A stretch of DNA of 64,000 bases from Pecten maximus (taxonomy: Eukaryota), in contig NC_047027.1 of assembly GCF_902652985.1 (NCBI RefSeq), positions 13,826,001-13,890,000 of the forward strand, written 5' to 3'. A program made the translations under genes and the position numbers. A model generated the notes under the pieces. That model worked only from the letters and a program-made list of their open reading frames with translations, was not told the origin of the DNA and did not search any database. Shown here piece by piece: positions 41,801-53,665 of the stretch. The first letter of the stretch is position 1. The number at the start of each line of letters is the position of its first letter.

Positions 41801-42824
41801 GCCAAGTTCATCACTTGTGGTGACACACAGAAGATGTACATCACCCAATGTCCTGTCGGTAAACTCTACACCAACGGAGGATGTGCATATGCACACAGGC
41901 TAAGCTTTGGAAACATTGACCATTCTGCAGGAAGTCCGGTCGATGCCCTCAGCTTTCATATAATTCTCTGCAGAGTCAGTGGTAGTCTTGGAGAATGTCT
42001 AAGTAAAGATCTCCCACAGGACTTCTATGAAAAACTATGTGAAGGTACTTTCCGAATTATTCTGATTCTACCTCTTTAATATATTCATTATCAAAAGATT
42101 TTACTTCAAAGCAATATTCTATCTCGTAAACTGAATGAAAACGATGATATTTAGGTACAATCAAATGGCGTTTTCATCGAATGTAGAAGTCCTTTTTGAG
42201 TGGTGATTTCTATCATCAAAATATTCATAAAATGGTCAATTGTCTTTTTCAGGAACAACACCATCGGTGCAAGATCCTTGTACTTCCTGTGCAATAAGTG
42301 ACGGCCATCTTGTACACCCTTTTCCACTGGACGACAACAAATACATCACATGTGAGGACGAGGACAATCACCTCATCACACAGTGTCCTGTCGGAGAGAG
42401 GTTTAGCGTTGCCAAACAGGGCTGTATCTCATCTACAGAGGACGGCGACGACGAAGATAGTGTAGAGGGTAATGGCAATGTTAATCCTTGTGCAGAAGCT
42501 GTCAAGCTACACAAATTTTACTTTCCGTACCCGAACGATAAAACGAAATTTATCCAGTGTGATGAATGGGGCCATTCCTTTATTATGTCTTGTCCATCCG
42601 GTCAAATTTGGTTCGATCAAATTTTGACATGCGCAGTTGATACACCTGGTACAAAAACAGATGGGGGCTATTCCGAAAACTCGTGTACCGGTAATGCAGG
42701 CAAGACTATAGCTCACTCAGACCCGACCAAATACATCAACTGTGATGTAAGCGGCATCGCTCACATCATGTCGTGTCCGAAAGGTCTCAGGTTTTATATG
42801 TCACTGTCTAGGTGTGACTGGTAA
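32843..42824 (+). CDS. Secreted modular protein, ~815 aa: lysozyme-like N-terminal domain + VWA + linker domain + four chitin-binding type-2 (CBM14)-like modules
   Basis: Exons 32843-32879, 33347-33561, 36769-37063, 37507-38073 (VWA: DVVFIIDESGSV, GGT, ILVTDG; MIDAS intact), 38591-38697, 39111-39345, 41390-41482, 41718-42044 and 42253-42824. All are GT-AG and phase-consistent, 2448 nt in total. Repeats of the form C..HP.D..K(F/Y)I.C....I..CP.G..(W/F/Y)....C. Confidence 0.9.
34452..36230 (-). mobile_element. 5'-truncated L1/Tx1-clade LINE, frameshifted ORF2 C-terminus, in intron 2 of the VWA gene
   Basis: Peptides FLWDGKPDKIKRNIVYSDYINGGLRLP and zf-RVT-like CTFC...ETILLLFWEC. Poly(T) at 34452-34460 is the poly(A) tail. 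Target-site duplication AACCGACACTT at 34443 and 36231. Confidence 0.9.
38092..38171. repeat. 20-bp tandem repeat (CACGTGAACAACTCTCGTAT), 4 copies, just after the VWA exon donor
   Basis: Directly visible. Confidence 0.85.
38230..38371. mobile_element. Short MITE-like element with ACTGTAA...TTACAGT ends
   Basis: Short inverted termini and a CG-richer interior than the flanks. Confidence 0.4.
39455..39800. repeat. Degenerate tandem duplication, period ~180 bp, intronic
   Basis: AGTCCAGTCA..GTTGTGTTGTA at ~39461 and ~39639. GTAGGGCAGTGCAGA is repeated. Confidence 0.7.
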
Positions 42825-43374
42825 CACAGATATATACAAACATGATTAATCAAACATGATTAATCAAACAGATCAAACTCAATCGCTTGCAAATGCAATT
42901 ATCCGATAAATGTGTATTTAAAGTATTGCCATAGTTTGATAGAATTCCCCGCGTGTGGTTGATTAAAAATACAAATAAATAGATAAATATAAGACATATA
43001 TATAAATAAACAATAGATTAAATTGACAGAAGGAAATTGTCGAGTGGCTATTTGATTTATACCAAATAGTATGGAGTCGAGAAGTACAACTTAAAAGATG
43101 AAGTTGGATGCACACTATCGTAGCTGCGGATTAGATGGTTATATCATGCAGACATTACAAAAATGTCCACCGTTTCAAAAATTAATAGGGATGGAGGAGA
43201 AATAAATGTAAAGTAGACATTTTTGAATGAATTATCTCTCTTTGGTCAATTACATTTATATACATTTTTTTTTCATTGTAAGATTGCGTTTTCATTTATT
43301 AATTTCGTTTTTATATTATTTTTATTTAAATTGATTTCCAATATTTCCACCTTAGATATGAAAAGAAAAATATA

Positions 43375-43645
43375 TATTTTTGCACTATTACTACCCTTCA
43401 AAAGTTACATATTTTAACATGACTACCAACCCCTTAAAAGTTACATATTTTACACTATTACCACTCTCAAAATGATGTATGTATTAGTTATTACCACTTT
43501 CTAAATGCTACATACATTACACTATCACATCCCTCCAATGTTACATATTCAACACTACTACCGCTCACCAAAAATGCTGACATATTACACTGTCACCAAC
43601 CTCCAAAACTTACGTACTTTATATTTTAACCACCATCTAAAAGAT
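43375..43645. repeat. Degenerate ~32-bp tandem repeat (TTACACTATTACCACTCTCAAAAGTTACATAT-like)
   Basis: About 8 diverged units are visible. Confidence 0.6.
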
Positions 43646-44811
43646 TTGTTTTAATTTCTCTTTATCTTATCGTACTATGCTTTTGTATTTGATATGTCCC
43701 TAACGGCCTAATTAGCGATCCGTTTTAGAAGGATGTTATCAAGATTTTATGTTTGACGTGCTTTTATACCATGGATCAAATGTAACGCGTGTTTGTAACA
43801 GTTTGTATTCTGTCGGCGCTTTAACGTCTTTAGATAATTAATGTTAATTTTCGTAAAAGTTATAATTTGTTCATCTGTTTATGTACTACTTTGAAGGTTT
43901 TACAATAACATTGTGTTTATCCGGAAATAAGCTTACTGGTGTTAATTGCAATTTATTTACTATAAATGCCGACAGATTCTTTGCAATATGCATTTCTGTA
44001 GCTCGTGCCTTTTAGGCAATTATCTATGGAGCATTAACGGCTTAAATTTATTAAACATACAAGAGGCTTTTATATTCAATTGACTGACATGGTTCATACA
44101 GACCTTGAAAAGTGCTAATTTGTTTTTATCTTTACCTAAAGTCTTTGAAAAGTGCTTGAGTTTTGAAATTTCGTTCCTGGGGTTTACTGAGTGCTTGATG
44201 TTTTTGTTTAGTTTCAGAATTAAGGAAATATTATGTAAATTTTCATGTTTATATGTAGATCGCGGATTTTATTCGTATATTATAACTAGGCATTATCTTC
44301 ATGGTTATTTTTTAAAAACGCATTATTTTTTTTACTTACATGATAGATTCGGAAAGGTAATGTTCTTATGCTATTTTAATGTAGATAGAAATAATAAAAA
44401 AAACATTTACCTACAAGTTTGGACAACATAATGAATCTTGAAAATTGAGAAAATGTTTAAAAAGTGTTCGATTTTTTATAGGAAAATCTGTAGGAATCAT
44501 GTGACATCTTTTACAGATGGATATTCTTCAGTAAAGCTTTTTCATAGTTTTTAGTTGTACAACTGCTTTTTTATATTTGTCATTCATGTGTGATGTGATA
44601 TGATGTGATGTGATTAAAAGTCGTGCTGATTGTTTTGCCTCAAGTTGTATCTCAAATTGTAAACGGGGGTATACTTCCTTCAGCTTTCGGATCACAGTTT
44701 TAACTGATTGATCAATTGCTTATTTTGTAATTTGAGTATTCTTCTTTTTTGCCGTTCATCAAAATGTTCTGCGAGCTGCAGGAAAATTGGATTTCAACGC
44801 ACCATAACAGA

Positions 44812-45560
44812 ACGGTGAGCTACTCAAATCACCCTTTGTCATTGGCCTGTCGTCCATGAATAATCCTCGTTGTAGTTATTTATAGGGAAGTATAAGAAGC
44901 ATATCTCTCAGATTTCCTGGGTAAGTTGTTCTTGGTCCTTAGTTTTAAGTGAACAATTTTGGAACTGAGCAGTAAACAAAGATGGACAGACAGTCATTTT
45001 GAATTTCACTCAATGACGATTTTGTTGCTTTATCTCAGAATGTTTTTCATAAATTGTTTTTTTTTTTCAATCTTGTACATAGGTTTTCCTTGTGCTCTGT
45101 GCATATCGAAATTTGAAACTGATCAGAAAGCAAAATGTGCTATCTCGATTTCTCAGAAAGTCCTTCGTAGACTTTCCTTTACTTTTGTATGCTAGTTTCC
45201 CTGGCCGCTTTTGTGTCATTTTGAATGTGTTAAACTTGTGATCGCTATTTCCAATACAGTTCTTCATTGACCACCTCAAATTTCGTATATCGGTTCCTTT
45301 CAGTTTCTCTGGGAACAACTAAAGTATGTTACTACTGTTACCGAGAAGCGGGGAACGATATATTTCTGAAACTCCATTTATACGTTTTCCTCGATCCCCA
45401 TGTGTGCCTGTGCAATTTCGAAAGTGGTTGAAAAAAAAATACTTAAAAAGATAAAGAGGGGAGGGGGAGAAGGGAAAAGAGAGAAAATTCACACTTATAT
45501 AGAACCAATAAAGATCATTCAATGGTTCGCGTCAAGATCCCTATAAGATATCTTATAATT
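44812..45560 (+). mobile_element. Diverged second copy of the pearl/HINE-like element
   Basis: Shares the start GGTGAGCTACTCAAATCACC and the end AAAGATCATTCAATGGTT..GATCCCT..GAT with 30385-30882. Confidence 0.6.
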
Positions 45561-45830
45561 TAACAAAGTATATATGTATATATATATTACATAGACATTC
45601 CCTTTATCATATACAACCTCTTTCATATATACGGACGTTTTGTCAACAATAAGAATAAATAACAATAATAGATGTTAATATTGTAGTACATCCCAGACGT
45701 CATTTAAATGTGAGGTCATATTAACTGATATTACACAAATTAGAAATATATCGGATAACTTTAATAAGATTCACAACAGCTACAGAATATGATCGAATAT
45801 TTTCAAGAAACATTAATAAAGCATTATCAA

Positions 45831-48800
45831 TTACTTCCCTACTGCATGTATTGCACTGCCGTCATCCGGACAGTTTAGAAGGCTCTGATTATCCAGTGTT
45901 GGATTTATACACTTCGCTTTAGCAAAATCACACCTGCAATATATAATAAACTTGTTAAGTAGAATCCCTACGGACGAAGTAATACATAACGAAAAAGAAA
46001 AACTCGATAACACGACTTTAGTACTTTCGTCGGATCTTTGCGATTTCTCATAATGATTATTCCATATTAATCATCATCGATCGTCGTTATGATTCCTAGA
46101 GGATACCACAGTGCAGGAATGGTTAACTTCCCGTTGACATACTTACATGTTTTTGTATAATATTCCATTGGTACCACAGTAGGGTTCGAGATCTTCTATT
46201 GTACAATCAATATTATCAGTATTCTTACAGAAAAACTGCAACAAAACAATAAAGGGCATTACAGGTATATCTAAACACAACATTTCATGTCGGTATAGCA
46301 TGGAGAATAATTCAAAATAGACCGTATCGGTACAGAGGTAGTATACACAACACAATACGAAAACGGGATATATATCCAATGGAAAAATACTATATAAAAA
46401 TCGTTAATTGGCGTGTGTACTATAGGATAGTTGAGTTATATACTTGATAATGATACAATGTCCCGATCGTTCTCGTTTGTCCTCCTCTTCCCCATCATAT
46501 TTCTTTACACGTCATAACACTTTACAACTTTTTATCTGCACTAATTTAGTTCACGTTGTATGTGTTACCTCTAATATGTGGGACCTTCCCGATACTATTA
46601 GGCCCAAAAGGGAGACTTAACACGAACATCAACAGCCTCGTCTCCCAAAACACGTCGTATGTTCGTGTTAAGTCTCCTGTTGGTAGTCCGTAACTTTTGC
46701 CGATTTAAGGTGGTACCTCACTCAAACATACGGATTGCTTAAAGTAACCCATCGGCAACCCTTTTGGGCCTTATAGTATCGAGAAGGTCCCACATATTAG
46801 AGGTTACACATACAACGTGAACTGAACATCACACGCATGCATGTTGCACGCACGGGAGGCCGTCTTTAAATTACCTTTGCTGTTAATAGGACGACAAGCA
46901 ATAATAAACCAAAACCACACCTAAGTAGTTAATCAATCAATATCTACCTCATTGTTTAACACCCTTAATCCAAATCGATAATATACAACGATGCATGTTT
47001 TCATATTATATATTGTATAACTTTCAGTATTGTGTAAATTACCAACCAACTAACAATTCAAAAGAAACAACACTCTTGTCAATATCTATAATTATACTAA
47101 TTGTTACGCCCATCTTATTAAACTATCCATTTGTTGATAAATATTAATTGGATTAATACATGTTAGAATCGTCACCATTAGATAATTCACAATGTAAGCA
47201 TTAGCATTTGTTCCATAGGCTGGTAAGAACTATAATAACTACCGTCGCTTTATAATTATTTTTTTCTCTTTCGAAAAGTTAAAAACTTTAAACATGGCAA
47301 TATCAGCGTTAAAACATCACCATAGTGACGTACCTGTATTATGACGTCAGGGACGGGCGTAGTCGTGTGGTCCGGAGGCAGGGTACTCCGAGGGTCATTC
47401 TCAATACAACTTCCAACATTAGCTATACCCAAATTAATGTTCGCACATCTTGCCTTAGCGTAGTGACAGCTAGAAATGAAATAGTGTTTTAGTCATTGCG
47501 TTTAAATAACTGATTCATATTTCGATATTTATATTTGGTTAATTTTCATATCTTCAACAATCGGATATACATCAACATTCATGCCTGTGAACATTTTTTC
47601 CGCCAATATAAATTGTAAATGTTCTGAGCTTTTACCTTTATTCACCAACCGAAGGGAAATAACTGCTGTTTGTTTCGTTTATCAATGTTGTTGTTTAGAG
47701 TGGGGTTTAAGTAATCGTAAATATTGTTGCTCTCGGAATGTTTGGGGACATTATTAATCATAAAATATGCTAACAAATGGTGACTTCTTAAAAAAATGCA
47801 TCTTCATAGAAAAAATCGCGAATACAGACGCCTTTTATGAACATGTTGTCCAGAATATTGTGTGAATGATTACAAATGGTATTACTAATGACAATGGATA
47901 TGAAAATTAATATTAGTAGCCACATGCAGTAGATCCTTCTGTAGGATATGACTAAATATTTCCTATCTGTGTATTTTGGCTGCATTTTGCTATCATCTCA
48001 TGGTTTGCACGTTGCCAGTATGTGACTGACAGAGTGGGTTTTACTGGTGAATCTTTTGGTAAGATAGTTCTTCAAAGTCGATACTAATTAACTCTACCAC
48101 AAGGAGACAAACACTGACATACCGTAGCCTCACAAAACAAACACACGTTCACCACACCGGGGGGTGGGGTTGGGGGTGAGGGGGGGGGGGGGGTCGTCTT
48201 AAATGACAAAAGCTGTTTATATAAGTTAAAGAATAACAACCGAAAACCGAGATATAAGTAAGAAAACCTATAAAATCAATAGTTTCTACTATTTTCGATG
48301 TTCAGCGTTTTAACCTTGGTGACTTACAAGTTGTCATAGGTAACTCCGTCCATTCCACAGGTCTGTTCGTCTCCGTGACTTACGTATTCTGTATCACAAT
48401 CCATGTCTCCGACTTGTGCACAAAGCTGTTCCAATGATACTAGAGGCAGGGCTGCTTCCCCATGGTGGATAATGGCTGAATCAAGAAAAGGATGAAGTCG
48501 TTCCATTTAATAAATATCATAAAGTGTTTAACGTAGTAAAGATTTCCAAAAATTCAAATTTGTGGAATCTCGACACTCTTAACCAGCTCTATATATAACA
48601 AGTTTCTATTTTGAAGTATTGCCGAATTCACGTAATGATCCCTAAAAAATGTCGTTCTTTATAGTCTGTATTGCTTTCCTGTAGCAAAATCTTGAGTTAA
48701 GGAACGTTGATGACAGTGGTGACTGTTTACAGATCTTATTCTGAATTATTACTTTTATTTTATTCATCAAAATTTGTCCAAAAATAATTGAAATCAGTAT

Positions 48801-51090
48801 CACTTAGAGAATTTATTCTACAAAATGTAACAATTTAAAATAAAACATTCTTAGACAGTGTATTCAGGTTAGTATACATCAGAATGTAGATTTTCTAGTC
48901 ACACATTATCAGCCTACACCGAAATATAATCGACAATGTAATCGATTCTACATAGATATTTTTTACCATATTCGTGTTTGCAGAGCCCAGCATTTTACAT
49001 AAATATAACTACGGAACACATAGTTCTACCTCGAAACCAGTCTGCATTGTATGCATACAGTATATCACCAAGATCTTCTGTTTACTATTTTTTCATTGAG
49101 TGCCTAATTTAGAAGAGTGATATCTGGGAAAAGATATCTATATATCATTATATTTTGTGAATTCTCTCTTAAAATAACTATAAAGAAGTAGCTTATCGTT
49201 TTGTTACTTTTCTCCATATATTAAATTCGTTACCAAGCAAGGCGTTCTAAAATCCATCAAAGAGTGGTACCGGTTTATCCGGAAAACCATGTATTTGAAT
49301 AGTTGGACAGATTTACCTGGCATAGCATGTCTAAAATCTTCTGAAGAGCGAGACTAAATATAATCAGGTATTACATTATCTTTTTAATATTCTCTGATAT
49401 CGTTTAGCAAATTGTTCCGATTATGATGCCAGTTCCGTACGTCTTCCCTTCTCAACGATTGTACAGAAGACACACATGGTAAGAAGCCAAAACAAATTGA
49501 GAAATAGTTCAAGTTCAAGTTCATTTATTACTTTGAGTCTTACGACTCATCAGTGTAAACATATGATATACAGGATATTTACAGATATACAAAATGTTAA
49601 ATTGGCCACAGGAGAATGAACAAAGCAATAATATAATATAATAGCAACATCAATCAATATTATTATTGCAATATATATATATATATATATATCATGTTTG
49701 TGATCGGCACTTATTTGCCGCTAACAGATATTTCCCGAGATTACACAAGTCTTTAACATTATTTGTATTAAGTAATTGAGTAAGCTTATATACACCTGGA
49801 TAATTTCTATAATAATATTTCAAATACTTCTGTTTCCGGTAGAGCTAAAGTAAATTAAACTGTACCATACAGTTGCTTCGTCATTTTTCGGTATCGACAG
49901 TGGATATCTTAAATGATTCTTGGAGGCGACCAACATTTCCAAATAGGTCACATGAAATGTCCAAAAATCCTTATTTTAAAACCATGTGTAAATTCTGAGA
50001 AGCAGGTTACGACAAAAACGGGGAAATATCTAACAAGAGGGTCTTCACAATTGGTTTGGTTTGGTATTGATCTTTTAACATCCTATCAATAGCTTTGGCA
50101 TACCTCAGCCTCCCAAAATACACACGCATACAACTCACACACAGGCTGAGCCGTCCTTAAATGACATAAGTTGTTGATAGGACATTAAAAAACCAATAAA
50201 AACCATATGAACAGCTTTGGACTTCATGGACAGCCTTTCCTTCTAAGCATTCAGTATGTTTGAGAGGTACGACTGATTCGCCAAATTTCGCCATAATGTG
50301 ATGGGCGGCGTGTTTTGTATTTGGCATTGTGCTTTAGTGAGGTAGCACTACAGTTGGCATCAGTTCCGAGCTATCACAAGGGGACAAACACAAACAAATC
50401 AGAGCCTCCCATAACACATCCCTGTTGATAGGACGTTAAAAAACACAAAACCAAACCACTGGTGTGAAAGAGGCATGCAATGTAGTGTTTTAAGAGGTTG
50501 ATGTATGTTTGAGTTTTGCCTTCGTACGATAGTTTGGAACCGATGTTGTATTTTATTTTTGGTCCATTGGGATTCTGATTTCAAAATGTTTACACTGATT
50601 ATCACTGAAGAGTCACAGAGGAGAAGGAAGAAACAGCTGTAATCCTCGGATTTTAATTCATGATACGGCATACACTGTATTAATCACTTCGTGTCCTCTT
50701 AGAGGACTAAATGTTACAATTTCATACGGACCTAATATCAAGCAGTGAACCTCATTGTTTGTCGCAATGTCTGCCATTTCTGACCTACATAGATTTTTTC
50801 GTTCGATGGAACGATTTGTGGATGTTATATGACATGACTTATGAATGAACAATGTAGTCTTTATAGCATACAGTTTCAAATCTTGTCTTTATTTTAATAT
50901 ATGAGCTGTGAACAAATACCATTGAATGTTGATATTGTAGTTTACGAATTCATATTCAATAGCCTACTGGTTGTACTAAATAAAAATATATCACTTGTGT
51001 TATTAAGTGAACAACTGTGGAAGGGGCGTAATTTAATTTTTGTCTCTTACCTGTGAAAAACAGGAAAAAGAAGCAGATCAGATCCTCCAT
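45831..51090 (-). CDS. Secreted two-domain Kazal-type protease inhibitor-like protein, paralog A, ~171 aa
   Basis: Exons 51090-51051 (MEDLICFFFLFFT), 48475-48328, 47469-47334, 46235-46147 and 45933-45831. Kazal signatures TCGMDGVTYDNFCHYAKARC and YCGTNGILYKNMCDFAKAKC, each with 6 Cys. Phases are consistent. Confidence 0.88.
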
Positions 51091-52691
51091 ATTGTGTCGA
51101 TCCAGTGTGTTTATCTACAACCCGACGGCATAGTGGGAGATATTACACTTGAATAAGTACCTAGTGGTATAGTCGTGACACCAATGTCTGTCAAAAGGTC
51201 GTCCGCGACTGATTAGCCTGACAGTGGCGGACATGTAAAACAAAATGACGGGAAACACCTACATTGCTGGAGGTTTTGGTTTTATATCCAATTCTATGAT
51301 ATATTTCTGTTGTGAACTTTCTTTACTTTCATGTATTTTATTTTTGTTTGAAATTGGACTTTGTTAACTGACCTTAGCGTACGTATGTTTTGTATGTATA
51401 CACCTGTATTATGTATTATCAGAAACAACAAACGAAAACCATATGCGAACTATATAATCTAGCCTCTTACACATATCCTTCGTAATGTCTCCTAAGACAC
51501 AGGCTATTGTATTTAGTAGAATGTTGTAACCTATGAGGAAGGTTTTGGGCTTTGTTCCCAGGTACCCCAAAGCCGCTTGAATAGATGTTTGCTTCTCTCT
51601 GCTTGACGGACATATTTAAAGATACCCAACAATTCATGTACTACAGTTGTTGGCCGAAAGAAAATTTACAAAATGTCTGACATTATAGTTAAAAAAAAAT
51701 GTACCTGGGGTGTCTGGTCTAGTTCGACAATGCATGTACCGTAAAGGTGTCTGTTAATTCACTTCATTTCATTTACGTAGTCATAACGATCATATGGAGT
51801 TGTTCCCCTTCGTACAGCTGTTCGGTGAAACCGGGGATGGCGTTAATTAAAAAAGTAACAAAAGTAGTAAAAATTTACTAAAAAATATTTACAACAAATT
51901 GTTTGCGTAACTTGACTGAGATTGAAAACAATTCAGAAATTACTAAAACCCATAGGGGGATCAGATAAATAAGAGACGATATGGGCGACCAAAACTGTCC
52001 ACAAATCAGTATGATATACTCCAAATGGTCCAAACGAATCGGCGCCAGACTTTTTATGACCTAACATCTGGTTTTATCACTCGTTATTGATTTGATTTAC
52101 CGTCTTAAACAGTTCGTCGACGATTGTTTGACAAGGATACAAAGGGTTTGGTCATCTCAGACGCCCCATAATTCGTGCAGGCCATCATTAAAGTACCTTA
52201 ATATGTTAGCACATGTTAAACAGTGCCAAAAACAAACTAAAGTTATCTTAATAAGTATAGGTTAACGTTTAATTAGATCTGATCGAAAACGTATGGAGAG
52301 TGCTAAAAGTACGAATCCAGAGACGAGTAAATGGAATAAAAAATGCAGAGGACTTGAAACGTGTCGTTAATGATATATGGTTTAACCTGCCGATTCATAA
52401 CAAAAATATCTGTCACGGTTTGTCTTACAGATTACGAACATAAACCGAAGTACAGACATCTTTAAGGCGAATTTATATAAATGTTATTGTTTGTCGACGA
52501 ATTTCAAATATGACATACGGCAATATTGTAATTTTTACGTCAGCAATCTTTCGTTTATATATTCCTGTCGTTATGCATAAAACCTAAACCCTAGAAACAC
52601 CATAGAACGTAAACCAAATGATATTTCAGTATTTTGTCAATTAGTACACTAAAGCCCATTTCTTCTTAGTCCAATTGATACACTAAAGCCT

Positions 52692-52900
52692 GGGGTCACG
52701 GTGGCCGAGTGGTTAAGGTGTACCGACACTTCATCACAAGCCCTCCACCTCTGGGTTGCGAGTTCGAAACCCACTATGGGTAGTTGCCTTGTACTGACCA
52801 CTGATCGTAGGCCGGTGGTTTTTCTCCGGGTACTCCGACTTTCGTCCACCTCCAAAACCTGGCATGTCCTAAAATAACTTTTAATAGGACTTTAAACAAG
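52692..52900 (+). mobile_element. tRNA-derived V-SINE-like element
   Basis: A box GGTGGCCGAGTGG, B box GAGTTCGAAACC, V-domain-like GGTTTTTCTCCGGGTACTCCG.CTTTC.TCC, and tail TAATAGGACTTTAAAC. Confidence 0.8.
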
Positions 52901-53469
52901 ATAAAAGTCATTAGGTCCAAACAATGATGATTAGGACAATATGAGCAAAGAACGAAATGACATCAAGGAAACCAAACATGTAAAAATATAAATATACATG
53001 GCTACATTCACAATTAATCAACATCAAAAAGTGGCTATTGTTATTTAAATCTTGTGATACAGACCAACAGCTTTAAGATAGTTAAATTTTATTTTGTAAA
53101 ATGTACTACCAGATCCAGAAAGAGCGTTTAGGCATGATGTGCTGTGATAAAATCTCTCTTTTACAACTTGTACGTCAATTCAATCCAATCAAATGTGTTT
53201 AACGGTAAATGGTTACATAAGACTAGAACCATAAGAAGTCTTTAGAATAAACATTTTTCTAGGCTTAGTGTTTGGGTTGGTTTAGTTTGTAATTAGGCCG
53301 TAACGATCTTATAACTAACCAGCTACTTCATGTTATCTCCCATTTAACTAGTGATTATTGTGTCTGTATGAAACAAAAACAACACTTGATGAACATAAAA
53401 ACGATAGTTTAATAAATAATTTTCTTCAACACTGTATCATTGTTTGCGTCTAGAGTTTCATCTTCTAAT

Positions 53470-53665
53470 CATCACCTTTTGACTCCCTTTACTGTCCTTA
53501 CAGTTACTAAAAGCCTGGAGATCTATGTCTGTTCAAACATTACACCTTTGACCTTCCTTACAGTTACTAAAAGGCTGAAGTTCTATGTCTGTCCACACAT
53601 TTCACCTTTGACCTTCCTTACAGTTACTTAAAGGCTGGAGTTCTAGGTCTCTGTCAACACATTTT
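53470..53665. repeat. 60-bp tandem triplication overlapping the stop codon of Kazal paralog B
   Basis: TCCTTACAGTTACT(A/T)AA recurs every 60 bp. Confidence 0.9.

Noticed and set aside
52692-52775. Functional tRNA gene (also considered for 24807-24888)
   Set aside because: A and B boxes are present but there is no proper cloverleaf or acceptor stem. The 52692 copy continues into a SINE body.
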